Of a DNA stretch of 64,000 nt, positions 32,901 to 44,900 are shown piece after piece; position 1 is the first letter of the stretch, and every line of letters begins with the position of its first letter. The translations under genes were made by a program, and so were the position numbers. Source of the DNA: Alphaproteobacteria bacterium (lineage in GTDB: Bacteria > Pseudomonadota > Alphaproteobacteria > G965222575); contig OZ244958.1 in the NCBI GenBank assembly GCA_965222575.1, positions 768,001 through 832,000 on the forward strand. The letters are read 5' to 3'. The notes beneath the pieces were generated by a model, which was not told the DNA's origin, ran no database searches, and worked only from the letters and a program-made list of their open reading frames with translations.

Positions 32901-35900
32901 CTGATATTCCCATTACAGGTATGAAAGCTGTAGGTGCTAACTTCGCGGATTTATATGAGACCACCGATAAGCTTTCCTTTGCGGCGTTGCCGGATCAGCT
33001 CTTTATTACGCAAGGAGACAAGGTGTACATTACCCCTTTGACGAGTAGTAATGTAGTCCTAGAAGGTTTTGACGGTGGAGCGGTGGGGAGCCCTATTGAA
33101 CTTGTGGATAGCCCCACCTTCCAATTATATAATGTATTGAAGAGTGTGTCTTTTAGCATAGACCCTCCGGAAGTGCTTCCACTCTCTTCAGCTTCTTCAG
33201 ATGGTGGACAGACAACAGAACCAACAGCACCAACAGGACCAGTAACACCAGTAGAACCAGTAGAACCAGTAGCAGTTACTTTCACTGGGATTACAGCCAT
33301 TGACGTCTTCAAGGAATCTGATAATAAGTTCTATTTAGCAATAGGAGAAGCTGGTGGTGATGCTAGTAAAGGTAGGGTTGTGGTGTTTAAGGGGACGTCT
33401 TCTACGTTTGCCGATATCGCGCAAACCTTTAAGGTTGAAGGTGCTGAAGGGGAGTGGTTTGGCTGGTCTGTGGCCATAGGGCTATTAGATAAGGACGGAG
33501 GGGCTGATGCGTATGCTCCTGAGCCAGTGCTCTTTGTAGGCGCGCCGAAAGCTCAAGGTCAGGGTATTATTGGTGTCTACACCCTTAATGATAAGACACA
33601 CCTTCAAGATGTAACTATACCCCTAAACCAGGGCAGCCACTGGGGATATAATGTGGATGGCGGCTTTCATGCAGGGACCAGAAAGTCCTATGTTTTTGGG
33701 AATACGGCGTCCACGAGCGGTACACAATGGGCGTTCGCACAGGTATGGCGACCTAATGCGTCGGACCCTAAAGGGGGGAGCTATGTATCTGGCGCTTACG
33801 GATCCAGACAAATTAAATCACGACAGATGGGGGGTTTTAACGCGGTGTCCCTGTTCAGTGATAGTGTTGCGCCCCATTTTTTAGTTTCGGGCTATACGCG
33901 ATCTTACGGTACCGAAGCAACCGGGTATAAACACCGAAGCCGGCTTGAAGCGCTGTCCTTCACCGGCATCCTACATATCAAGGGTTCTGTATTGCCCGTA
34001 AGATCTCGCAGATACAATTTCTTCTTTACTATACCGGTTCAGAAGGCAGATGGTAGCTCTACAGAGATGATAGGCTTCCTGTACAAGGATGGAACACAGT
34101 TAAAGATGAAATATGCGGCAGTGGATTTTACGAATACAAGAACAGGCGGTGGTGAACCACTATTAGGCCAGAATCCTCTAACTTTCTCCGCTGACAGTAG
34201 CGATATTGTCATTGATACGGGGACAGCGGTGCCTGATGTCTTATTTGGGAATTCAGTATTTAATGTCACTAATAAGCTTTCCATTACGGCCCTTGAGGAT
34301 AAGCTCTTTATTGCGCAAGGAGACACGGTGTGGAGTGCCGATCTTACTGTGGTTTCTTCAGGTTCTCCAGGTTCTCCGCCGATTATTACCATAGAGAGTT
34401 TGGAAAGTGTTGACTTCTCTCCACCACCACCAGCAATTACTTTCACTGGGATTACAGCCATTGATGTCTTGAAGGTTGCTGATAATAAGTTTTACTTAGC
34501 CCTTGGAGACTCTGCTGATAATAGTAATACCGGTAAGGTTGTGGTATTTGATGGGACGTCTTCTACGTTTGCCGATATCAAGCAAACCTTTGAGGTTAAA
34601 GGAGGTGCTACGGGGGATTGGTTTGGCTGGTCTGTGAAGTTACAGTTACTAGATAGGGACGGAGCGGCGGATGTGTTTTCTCCTGAGCCAGTGCTCTTTG
34701 TAGGAGCGCCGAAAGCCAACAGTGGAGAAGGTATTGTGAAGGTCTTTGCCTTTGATGAGACGGTGATTCAAACCCTCACGCCAGCAGGTATTACCAGACC
34801 CGTTATTAAAGCCTTTGGATATAGCTTAGATGTAACAGACCCGCGCATTCGAGCCTCCTATCTCATCATTGGCGCGCCAGAGTCTGAACATAGCAGTATA
34901 AACAAAGGAGCCGTGTTCGTCTATACGTGGAAGATTGATGCTACTACTAGTAGTAATAGTGCGTATGACCTAAGAGCGGTCTTTTCTAGAAATGTAACGC
35001 CTGCAGGCGTTATCCCTTACTCGAGAGGAGTGAGTATAAACGCTCCGGGCCCAATACAACGTTATTTGGGTGCTGAAGTCGGGGCTTTCTACATGGGTGA
35101 TGATAAAGCCCGTTTCTATGCGTCGGCTTATGCTACTGATCGTAGTGCGGGGACAACCATAGTATTCTTCCATGCAGAAGATGCTTCTGATACAGCACGT
35201 GTTAGGCAGTACGTTAAAGGGACTCGGAAACATAGCGTTTCGTACAAAAAAAGTGGTAATGATGAATATGAATATGGTTCCTTCTTCATTATTCCAGTCA
35301 CAGCATCAAATGGTGATGAATTAGACATATTAGGGGTCCTCTTCCGCGATCCGTCAGACGGGGCCTTAAAGAGTAAATATGCGACTTTTCGACCACCACC
35401 GTCGGGAGCACTCGGGTTAACAGAGTTTCTAACTGGAGAAATCTCTCTTGATATGGATACAGTGACATCTGTAGATGCGGGATTCACGACTTTGTATACG
35501 ACCACCAATAAGCTTTCCTTTGCGGCGCTTGAGGATAAGCTCTTTATTGTGCAAGGAGACAAGGTGTATAGGGCCTCACTTGCGCCTAACAACTTGGCAA
35601 GTAAAGCGGACGTAAGTACCTTGACCTTCACTGTAGGGGACCTTGCGGAGGAGAGTTTTGTTGAGGGGAAAATGAAGGTGAAGTTCACCCAGATGACAGC
35701 GATTTCTATCTTAAAGGTTGCTGATGATAAGTTTTGGTTAGCTGTGGGAGACCCTGGTGATAGTAGTAATACTGGTAAGGTTGTGGTGTTTGAAGGGACG
35801 GATGCCACATTTTCTGATCTTGAACAGAAATTTAAGTTTACAGGAGACAAAGTGGGGGATTCGTTTGGCTGGTCTGTGAAGTTACACCTATTGAAGGACA

Positions 35901-38900
35901 ATACGGGGAGTGTCCTTACGTCAATGCTCTTTGTAGGCGCGCCTAAAGTCAGCAGAACAATCAGCAGAACAATCAGTGGAGTAGCCAGTGAAGTAGCCAG
36001 TGAAGGAATAGTGAGACTCTTTTTACTGAACCCTAACACTTATTCGGCTTATACTCCCGCGATATTGCCGATGGCGACTTTCAGTTATAACGACGGTACC
36101 TCTAAAAATATCCTTGTTGGCGCTTTTGGTTATAGTTTGCAGACCATTACCTATAATGAGGACAACTTCCTTATTGTGGGGGCGCCGGAAACGTATAATG
36201 GAGAGGGTGCGGTTTTCTTCTATAAGATTGAGCCCACTAGCGTAGTGTTAAAACAAGTCTTTTTTGTTGGGAACAAGCCTACTCTTACGACAAGTGTCAC
36301 AACCGTAACCGTTGGTCAGGTGACTTTGAAAGATGGGGCTTACAATAAGCACTTCGGCGCTGAAGTCGGGGCTTTCCTGTACAATAATACGCCCTATTTT
36401 TATGCTGCGAGCCATAATGATGTCTCTCATACAGGAACAGCCCTACACTTCTTCCAACGACAAGACGACTCTACTATTTCACAATTCCTCCAAGGTGACC
36501 AACCTTATGGCGAGGTGTACGACGCGGCGGAATACGGCACCTTCTTTATCCTGCCAGTGCAGCTATGGAGCCTTACATACCAAAACGGAATTGAGTGGTA
36601 TAAAACCGAAGCCGAAGCCGAGGAAGCAAAAAGCGGCATTGGCGGAACCATAGCCTCTGAATCTATAGATGTTTTTGCCTTGCTAAAATCAAATGGCTTC
36701 TTAACCATTAAGACTTTCTTCCGTGATGCAGATCGTCAAGGGTTCATCGCTTCATCAGGAGAAGAGTTTGACATAAGTGGTTTTCTTCCCACCGTTCTTG
36801 CGGATGGCTTTACAGGTTTATACGCACCTTCTAAAGTCAGCATTTTGTTGTTGGAAAATCGCTTATTTGTTGCACAGGGAACAGGAATCAAAACGCAATC
36901 CTTCTCATCAACAGTCCTGCTCAACCCTTTTGTGACATCACTCAACATAGCAAGTCGTGCGTCTCAAGTGGAGACGCTAACTCTTACAAGCGCAGACGAA
37001 CAGGTACCAGTAATAGGCAAAGAAGAATCGTCTGTTTTCACTAAAATTACAGCGATTTCTGTCTTGAAGACTACTGATAAGTTTTACTTAGCCCTGGGAG
37101 ACCCTGCTGGTGATGCTACTATAGGTAAGGTTTTGGTGTTTGAAGGGTCGGATTCTGCGTTTTCCGATATTAAGCAAACCTTTGAGGTTACAGGTGCTAT
37201 GGGGGATTGGTTTGGCTGGTCTGTGAAGTTACAGTTACTAGATAGGGACGGAGTGGGTAGCGCCTCTCTCCCTGAGCCCGTGCTCTTTGTAGGAGCGCCT
37301 AAAGCCAACAGTGGAGTAGGGTATGTGAAGGTCTTTGCCTTTGATGAGACTCAGACGGTGATTCAAACCCTCACGCCAGCAGGTGTTACCGCCCCTGTTA
37401 TTCAAGGCTTTGGGTATAGCTTAGATGCGAAATCACACCCGCTCTTTAGATTCTCCCATCTCATTGTTGGCGCGCCAGAAACCAATGGTGGAAAAGGCGC
37501 AATCTTCATCTATAGATGGCAAGATAGACAGTATGTCCTCAAAGGGGTCTTTGCTATTGAAGCAACCCCGATAGTGCCAGTAGGGGTAGACAAAGGGATG
37601 GTGGCTTTGAAAGAGGCGGCTTACAATGAGCACTTCGGCGCTGAAGTCGGGGCTTTCTACTTTGATAGCACTTTCCCCCGTTTCTATGCTGTGAGTTATA
37701 ATAGTGGTCATACAGGGACATCCATACAATTCTTCTTTTCAAATGCAAGTGGTGGCAAGACTGGTGCAATTAGAAGTACTGTGTACAGTGGGGTTGAATA
37801 TGGGTCCTTCTTCACCATTCCAGTAAAGGTATGGAAAATTGAATCCTCCTTCAGAGGTGGAACTGAGGAGTTTTTTGCTTCTAGAGAAGAGGCTATCAAG
37901 CGCTCTCTTGTTTTGCTTGGACAGGATGAAAAACCTGAAACCTCTGTAAAAACTGTTTCGTTAGATATCCTAGGCGTTCTCAAACGCGAGGACGACGGGT
38001 CCTTAAAGAGTAAATATGCGACGTTTTTTCCTGTAGCGGGCAGTCTCACAACCTTCTTAAATGGGGCGATCCCCATTAATACGGGGACATCGGTAGATGT
38101 GGGATTCACGACTTTATATGCGCCCAGCATCAATAAGCTTTCCTTTGCGATGCTGACAGATAAACTCTTTATTGCACAGGGCACAAGTGTGTATAGCACC
38201 TCTTTTACTGTCCATCGCACTGTGACGTTTGCTGTAGAAAAAGATTTGAAACCGGTGGTGTTCCCTACAGTGTTTCGTTTCACTGAGATTACAGCGCTTT
38301 CTGTCTTGAAGTTTGCTGATGATAAGTTTTACTTAGCCGTGGGAGACCCTACTGATACTAGTAATGCAGGGAGGGCTGTGGTGTTTGAGGGGACGAATGC
38401 TGAGTTTTCCGATATCGCGCAAACCTTTATAGTTGAAGGAGACAATGCGGGGGATTGGTTTGGCTGGTCTGTGAAGTTACAGTTACTAGATAGGGACGGA
38501 GCAGGGGATTCTGGCCTTCCTGAGCCAGTGCTCTTTGTAGGTGCGCCTAAAGCCCCCAGCAGTACAGGCACCAGTGAAGTAGGGACTGTGAAGGTCTTTG
38601 CTGTTGCTGTTGCTGATGGGGTGGATAGGAATATTCAAACCATTAGAGCGCCTCCTGCCTTAACTTATGTGCGCGCCTTTGGGTATAGTTTAGCCGGCGG
38701 TATTCACGCAACAACAAACAATTACCTGTTTGTGGGGGCACCTAAGAGTACGCATAGCGGTACTGAACAAGGAGCGGCGTTTGTGTACAAATGGAACGGC
38801 AGCACAGCCTATGAACTGAAAGGCATAGCAAGGCCGACAGCGGCGTCTTTTGGCACATCAGGCAGTGTTTTCACCTCCAACCCCACGGGAGATTCTGCGT

Positions 38901-41900
38901 GGCATGTTGCTTATAACAGACACTTTGGCGCTTCTGTTGGGTATCTTAATTATCATAATTGGGGCGTCCATCTTTATGTTGTGAGTTATAATAGTAATCA
39001 TAGTGGGACAGCTATTACTTTTTTTGGAAGTGATGATACTCAACTGCTCTATCGGAAGAACCTTACGAGTAAAAATTACCAGGAACACGGCGCCTTCTTT
39101 AATCTGCCGGGAGGACAAGTGAATCCTGTTGAAGCCTTTGGCTTTTTGAATCGGGACCCCTATGGGAACTTGAAAATCAAATATGGGATTATGAAAGGGG
39201 ATCTCAATACAGGAGCAACAAGCCAACTGCGGATTGATTACCAAAGTACTCCTGATACTTCCATTGATACGGGGACAGATGTAGGTGCGAGATTCACGAC
39301 TTTATATAGGACCACCAATAAGCTTTCCTTTGCGGCGCTGACCGATACACTCTTTGTTGCGCAAGGAGCAAATGTGTATAGTGCCTCTTTTGCTCTCAAT
39401 CCATCGAGCACTACGCAGAAGCTTGCCATTACAGCAAAGGTTGATGTTGTCACTTTTACTAGGATTACAGCGATTTCTGTCTTGAAATTTACTGATGATA
39501 AGTTTTACTTAGCCGTGGGAGAAGTTGCTGATAGTAGTGAGAGGGGTAGGGTTGTGGTATTTAAGGGGCCGGATTCTGTGTTTTCCGATATCCATCAAAT
39601 CTTTGAGGTACCAGGAGACAATGATGGGGATTGGTTTGGCTGGTCTGTGAAGTTACAGAAATTGGGTTCTGAGCCAGTGCTCTTTGTAGGCGCGCCTAAA
39701 GCCAACAGTGGAGTAGGTCATGTGAGGGTCTTTTCCGTTGATGATAGTCAGAGGGTGATTCAAACCATTAAGCCGCCTATTTACTCAATGTTTTATGTGC
39801 GTGCCTTTGGGTATAGTTTAGCCGGCGGTATTCACGCAACAACGAACAATTACCTGTTTGTGGGGGCGCCTTTGAGTATGCTTGACGGTGTTGAACAAGG
39901 AGCGGCGTTTGTGTACAAATGGAACGGCAGCACAGCCTATGAACTGAAAGGCATAGCAAGGCCCATGGCGGAGAGTTATGGTAACGTGCCGGCATCAGTT
40001 AGGACAGGGAATCCCAGTGGGGCTCCGTGGCATGATGATTATAGCAACCACTTTGGCATTTCTGTTGGGTTTGTTATTAGTTACAGTGTGCCTTATCTTT
40101 ATGTTGTGAGTTATAATAGGGAGAGGACAGAGACAGCACTGTCCGCTTTTAATTTGAGTAACGATAATGTGCGTTATCTAGGGAACCGTTCGAAGGTTGT
40201 AACTGGGGAATACGGGGCTTTCTTTAATCTGCCGGTAGAAAAGAGCGGGCAGCTTTATGAAATCTTGGGCTTTTTGGTTCGTGACAGTGGCTTAAAAATC
40301 AAATATGGGGTTGTGAATTGGCAACAAGGAGGGGTTCATTTTCAAAGTCCTGATATTTCCATTGATACGGGGACAGATGTAGATGCGGGATTCACGAATC
40401 CCTATGAGATCAACAATAAGCTTTCCTTTGCGGCCCTTCCGCTCCTTGCGCGGCAGAAGCCGGGTCAGCTGTTTATAGGACAGGGAACAAGCGTGAAGCG
40501 TACCTCTTTTGGTGAATTACCCTCTGATGGCGACGACAACCCCTATGACGATGTCACCCCATGGTTACGGGTTAGTAGTAGTATCGGCGTCACTAGGGTA
40601 CGGTTTGTCAGAGGGGATGATTTGGTAGAGATGGAATTGTCTTCAGGGGGACGAGAAACAGAAGCGGTTAGTTTCACTGAGATTACAGCCATTGATGTCT
40701 TGAAGTTTGCTGAGGATAAGTTCTATTTAGCAGTAGGAGAAGCTACTGTTAATAGTCATAGAGGTAGGGTTGTGGTGTTTGAAGGGACGAATGCAGCGTT
40801 TGCTGGTGTCAAGCAAAGGTTTACAAGGATTGGAGACGAAGTGGGGGATATGTTTGGCTGGTCTGTGAAGTTACAGAAATTGAGTTCTGATCCAGTGCTC
40901 TTTGTAGGCGCGCCGAAAGCCAGCAGTGGAGTAGGTCATGTGAAGGTCTTTGGCCTTGATGGGGCGGATATTCAAACCATTAGGCTTACTGCCTTAACTT
41001 ATGTGCGCGCCTTTGGGTATAGTGTAGACGGCGGTATTCACGAAAGAATAAGCGGCGGTGTCACAACAACGAACAATTACCTGTTTGTGGGCGCACCTGC
41101 GAGTACACATAACAATGCTGAAGAAGGAGCGGTGTTTGTGTACAAATGGGACAGCGGAACCTATGCACTGAAAGGCGTAGCAAGGCCGACAGCGGGGAGT
41201 CATGGTAGCGTCGGGAGTGCTGCGAGTGCGCATCCCAGTGGTTCTGCGTGGGATGCTGATTATAGCAACCACTTTGGTGCTTCTGTTGGGTATGCTAATT
41301 TTAGAGGTGAACCCCATCTTTATGTTGTGAGTTATAAGAGTGAACATACAAAAGGGACAGCCATTACTGTTTTTGGAATAGATAATGCAGATGCACTGCT
41401 CTATCGGGATAACCTTACGAGTGTACATCGAGAGGCATACGGCGCCTTCTTTTATCTGTCACTAGGACAAGTGAATCCTGTTGAAGGCTTGGGCTTTTTG
41501 TTTCGTGAAGAAAATGGGGATTTAAAAATCAAATATGGGGTTATGAAAGGGGATATCAGTACAGGAACGATTCATTACCAAAGTATTTATGATACTCCCA
41601 TTGATACGGGGACAGGTATAACAGATGTAGGTGCGGAATTCACGGACTTATATGCGGCCACCAATAAGCTTTCCTTTATGCCTCTTGCAGATATACTCTA
41701 TGTTGCACAAGGACAAAATGTGTATACGACCTCTTTTGCTCTCAATCCATTGAGTACTACGCAGCTTATCTTTGTAGCAAAAGGAAAAGATTTCACTACA
41801 ATTACGTCAATTTCTGCCTTGAAGTTTGCTGATGATAAGTTCTACTTAGCCGTGGGAGACCCTCATGATAGTGATAGTAATAAGAGGGGTAGGGTTGTGG

Positions 41901-44900
41901 TGTATGAGGGGCCGGATTCTGAGTTTTCCACTCTCACGCAAATCTTTGAGGTAGCAGGAGAGAATGAGGGGGATTGGTTTGGCTGGTCTGTGAAGTTGTC
42001 CCTACTAGATAGGGACGGAGGGGCTGATGCGTATGCTCCTGAGCCAGTGCTGTTTGTAGGCGCGCCTAAAGCCAGCAGTGCAGATGGAGCCACCAGTGGA
42101 GTAGGGTATGTGAAGGTCTTTGGTATTAAGGGGGATGAGATTCAAGACATTCCGCCGCCTGCTGATTTAACTTATGTGGGCGCCTTTGGGTATAGTGTGA
42201 GCGGCGGTTTTTTTACAAGCCGATATTCTGGTTATTACCTGCTTGTAGGGGCGCCTAAGAGTACACATACTGCCCCTGCCCCTGCCCCTGGTGGCGTTGG
42301 CGTTGTTGGCGGCAGTGGTACTGTTACAGAAGAACAAGGAGCGGCGTTTGTGTACACATACGGGGAAAACAACGGAGAATATGAACTGATGGGCATAGCA
42401 AGGCCGACAGCGGGGAGTCATGGTAGTGGCGACTTGCCTAGAAATGTGCTGGGGGCTCCGGAATTGGTTGATTGGCTGGGGAGACCTATAAGGGATCCAG
42501 TGTGGGATGTTAATTATAGATACCACTTTGGTGCTTCTGTTGGGTATTTTCTTGCACTTGGGAGAGACACTACTCCCTATCTTTATGTTTTGAGTTATAA
42601 TAGTAATAGGACAGGGACATTTATGTCCGCTTTTACTTTGAGTAGTCGTGGGCGGGCGCGGGTGGAGTGGGATGAAGACTCTTCGACGCCTATAACTGGG
42701 GAAGTCGGTGCTTTCTTTATTCTGCCGGCAAAAGAGACCTATCGGGATTATAATAGGGATATTGGTAGGTGGGAGTTTCTGGTGAGGGAAATCTCTTTCT
42801 TTGGCTTTTTGGTTCGTGACATTGACAGTGGCTTAAAAATTAGATATGGGATTGGGGGGGGAGGAGTTCTTTTTGCAACTTCTGATACTATTCCTACGGG
42901 GACAGGTGTAACAGATGTAAAAGATGTAGGTGAAAAATTCACGACTTTGTATAGGACCACCAATAAGCTTTCCTTTGCGGCGCTTCCGGATCAGCTGTTT
43001 ATAGGACAGGGAACAAACGTGTATCATACCGCTTTTGGGGCGACCAAACTCCCTAATCCTGATAATCCCCCTATACTAGGGTTTACCATAGGGAGTATAA
43101 AGACTTTGATAGAGCCAGCAGAGAGCGGAGATTTAATCGATGGTCTTACTGGGATTGCGTCAATTTCTGTCCTGAAGGTTGCTGCTAATGAGTTCTATTT
43201 AGCCGTAGGAGACCCTACTGATAATAGTAATACCGGTAAGGTTACAGTGTTTGAGGGGACGGATTCTATGTTTTCCGATATCAAGCAAACCTTTGATGTT
43301 GTAGGAGAAGCTGAGGGGGATTGGTTTGGCTGGTCTGTGAAGTTGGGGCTACTAGATAGGGACGGTGATACTGTTACGCTTTCTCCTGAGCCAGTGCTCT
43401 TTGTAGGCGCGCCGAAAGCTCAGTTAGTCGATCGAGGTCTGGGTATTATTAAGGTCTACACCATTAGGGATGAGCAACTCCTTCAAAGTGTAACGGTCTC
43501 CGACGCCGGCGAATGGGCAGATAACGCCTTTGGGTATAGTGTAGACGGCGGTTTTCATGTAGGGACCTCGAAATCCTATCTTATTGCCGGCGCGCCGAAA
43601 GTGACCTCTGCTGATGCTAGTAATGAAGCGTATGCGTTCATTATGGAATGGAACCCTAGCTCGGGGAGCTATGAACTGAGCCAAACCTTCACTTCATCTG
43701 AGCCTAAGTTTGGTTCTGAAGTGGGGATTTTCCTGTCCAGTCCAGTACCCTATTTTTATGCGAAGAGCCATCCTGCTTCTGCTACTACCAAGATTACCTT
43801 TTACGAAAAAGGGTCCAATGACGAAAAAGGATCCAAAACCCTCACCGGCAACTTCGGTTCCTTCTTTACCATATCAATTCAGTTGGCGGATGGTAGGGAT
43901 GCAGAGGCTTTAGGCTTTTTCCATCCGCAATCAGAGTCTTTAGAGATACAATATGCGGATGTGGATTTGACGGCTACAGGTGAGGATATTCTGACTGAAA
44001 GCGGTGCGATCTCCATTTCGACGGAGATACCTGTAGGTGCGGGATTCACGAATATATATGAGACCGATAGGATTGCTTTTGCGCTACTTGAGAATGGACT
44101 CTTTATAGGACAGAAAACAGCGGTGCAACGTGTCATTTTGACTGTGAATGTTCTCCAGAAGATGACCATAAAGCCTTTGGTAGAGCTGGACTTGTTTTCA
44201 CAGACAGCAGGGGTTAGTTTCACTGGGGTTGCATCAATTTCTGTCTTGAAGACTATTGATAAGTTTTACTTAGCCGTAGGAGACCCTGCTGATAGTGATT
44301 ATAGCGGTAAGGTTACGGTGTTTGAGGGGACGGATTCTGAGTTTTCCGATATCACGCAAACCTTTGATGTTACAGGACATGGTGATTGGTGGTTTGGCTG
44401 GTCTGTGAAGTTGGGGCTACTAGATAGGGACAATGAGGGTACGACGCATGCTCCTGAGCCAGTACTTTTTGTGGGGGCGCCGAAACTTCGGATATCAGAC
44501 AGCTACGGTCTGGGGGTTATTAAGGTCTTCACCTTGAAAATAAATACTCTGGGAAGCCGATTCCTTCAAGATGTAACGATAGACGCTGGCGGCAACTGGG
44601 ACGATAACGCCTTTGGGTATAGTGTGGACGGCGGCTTTCATGCAGGGACCTCAAAATCCTATCTTATTGCAGGCGCACCGCGAGTGAATCCTACTGATAC
44701 TGGTAATAAAGCGTATGTGTTCATTATGGAATGGATCCCTGAGGCGGCGGCGGCGAACTCTAAGTTGGGGAGCTATCAACTGAGCCAAACCTTCACTTCC
44801 TTCACTTCAACTGAGCCTAAGTTTGGTTCTGAAGTGGGGATTTTCCTGTCCGGCGCAGTGCCCTATTTTTATGCGAAGAGCCATCCTGCTTCTGCTACTA

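Noticed and set aside
35128-36039. 303-aa antisense ORF and the many recurring antisense ORFs (GAPTKSTG...FTDQPN) inside the giant gene
   Set aside because: Shadow frames of the repeated sense-strand modules, with no independent coding signal.
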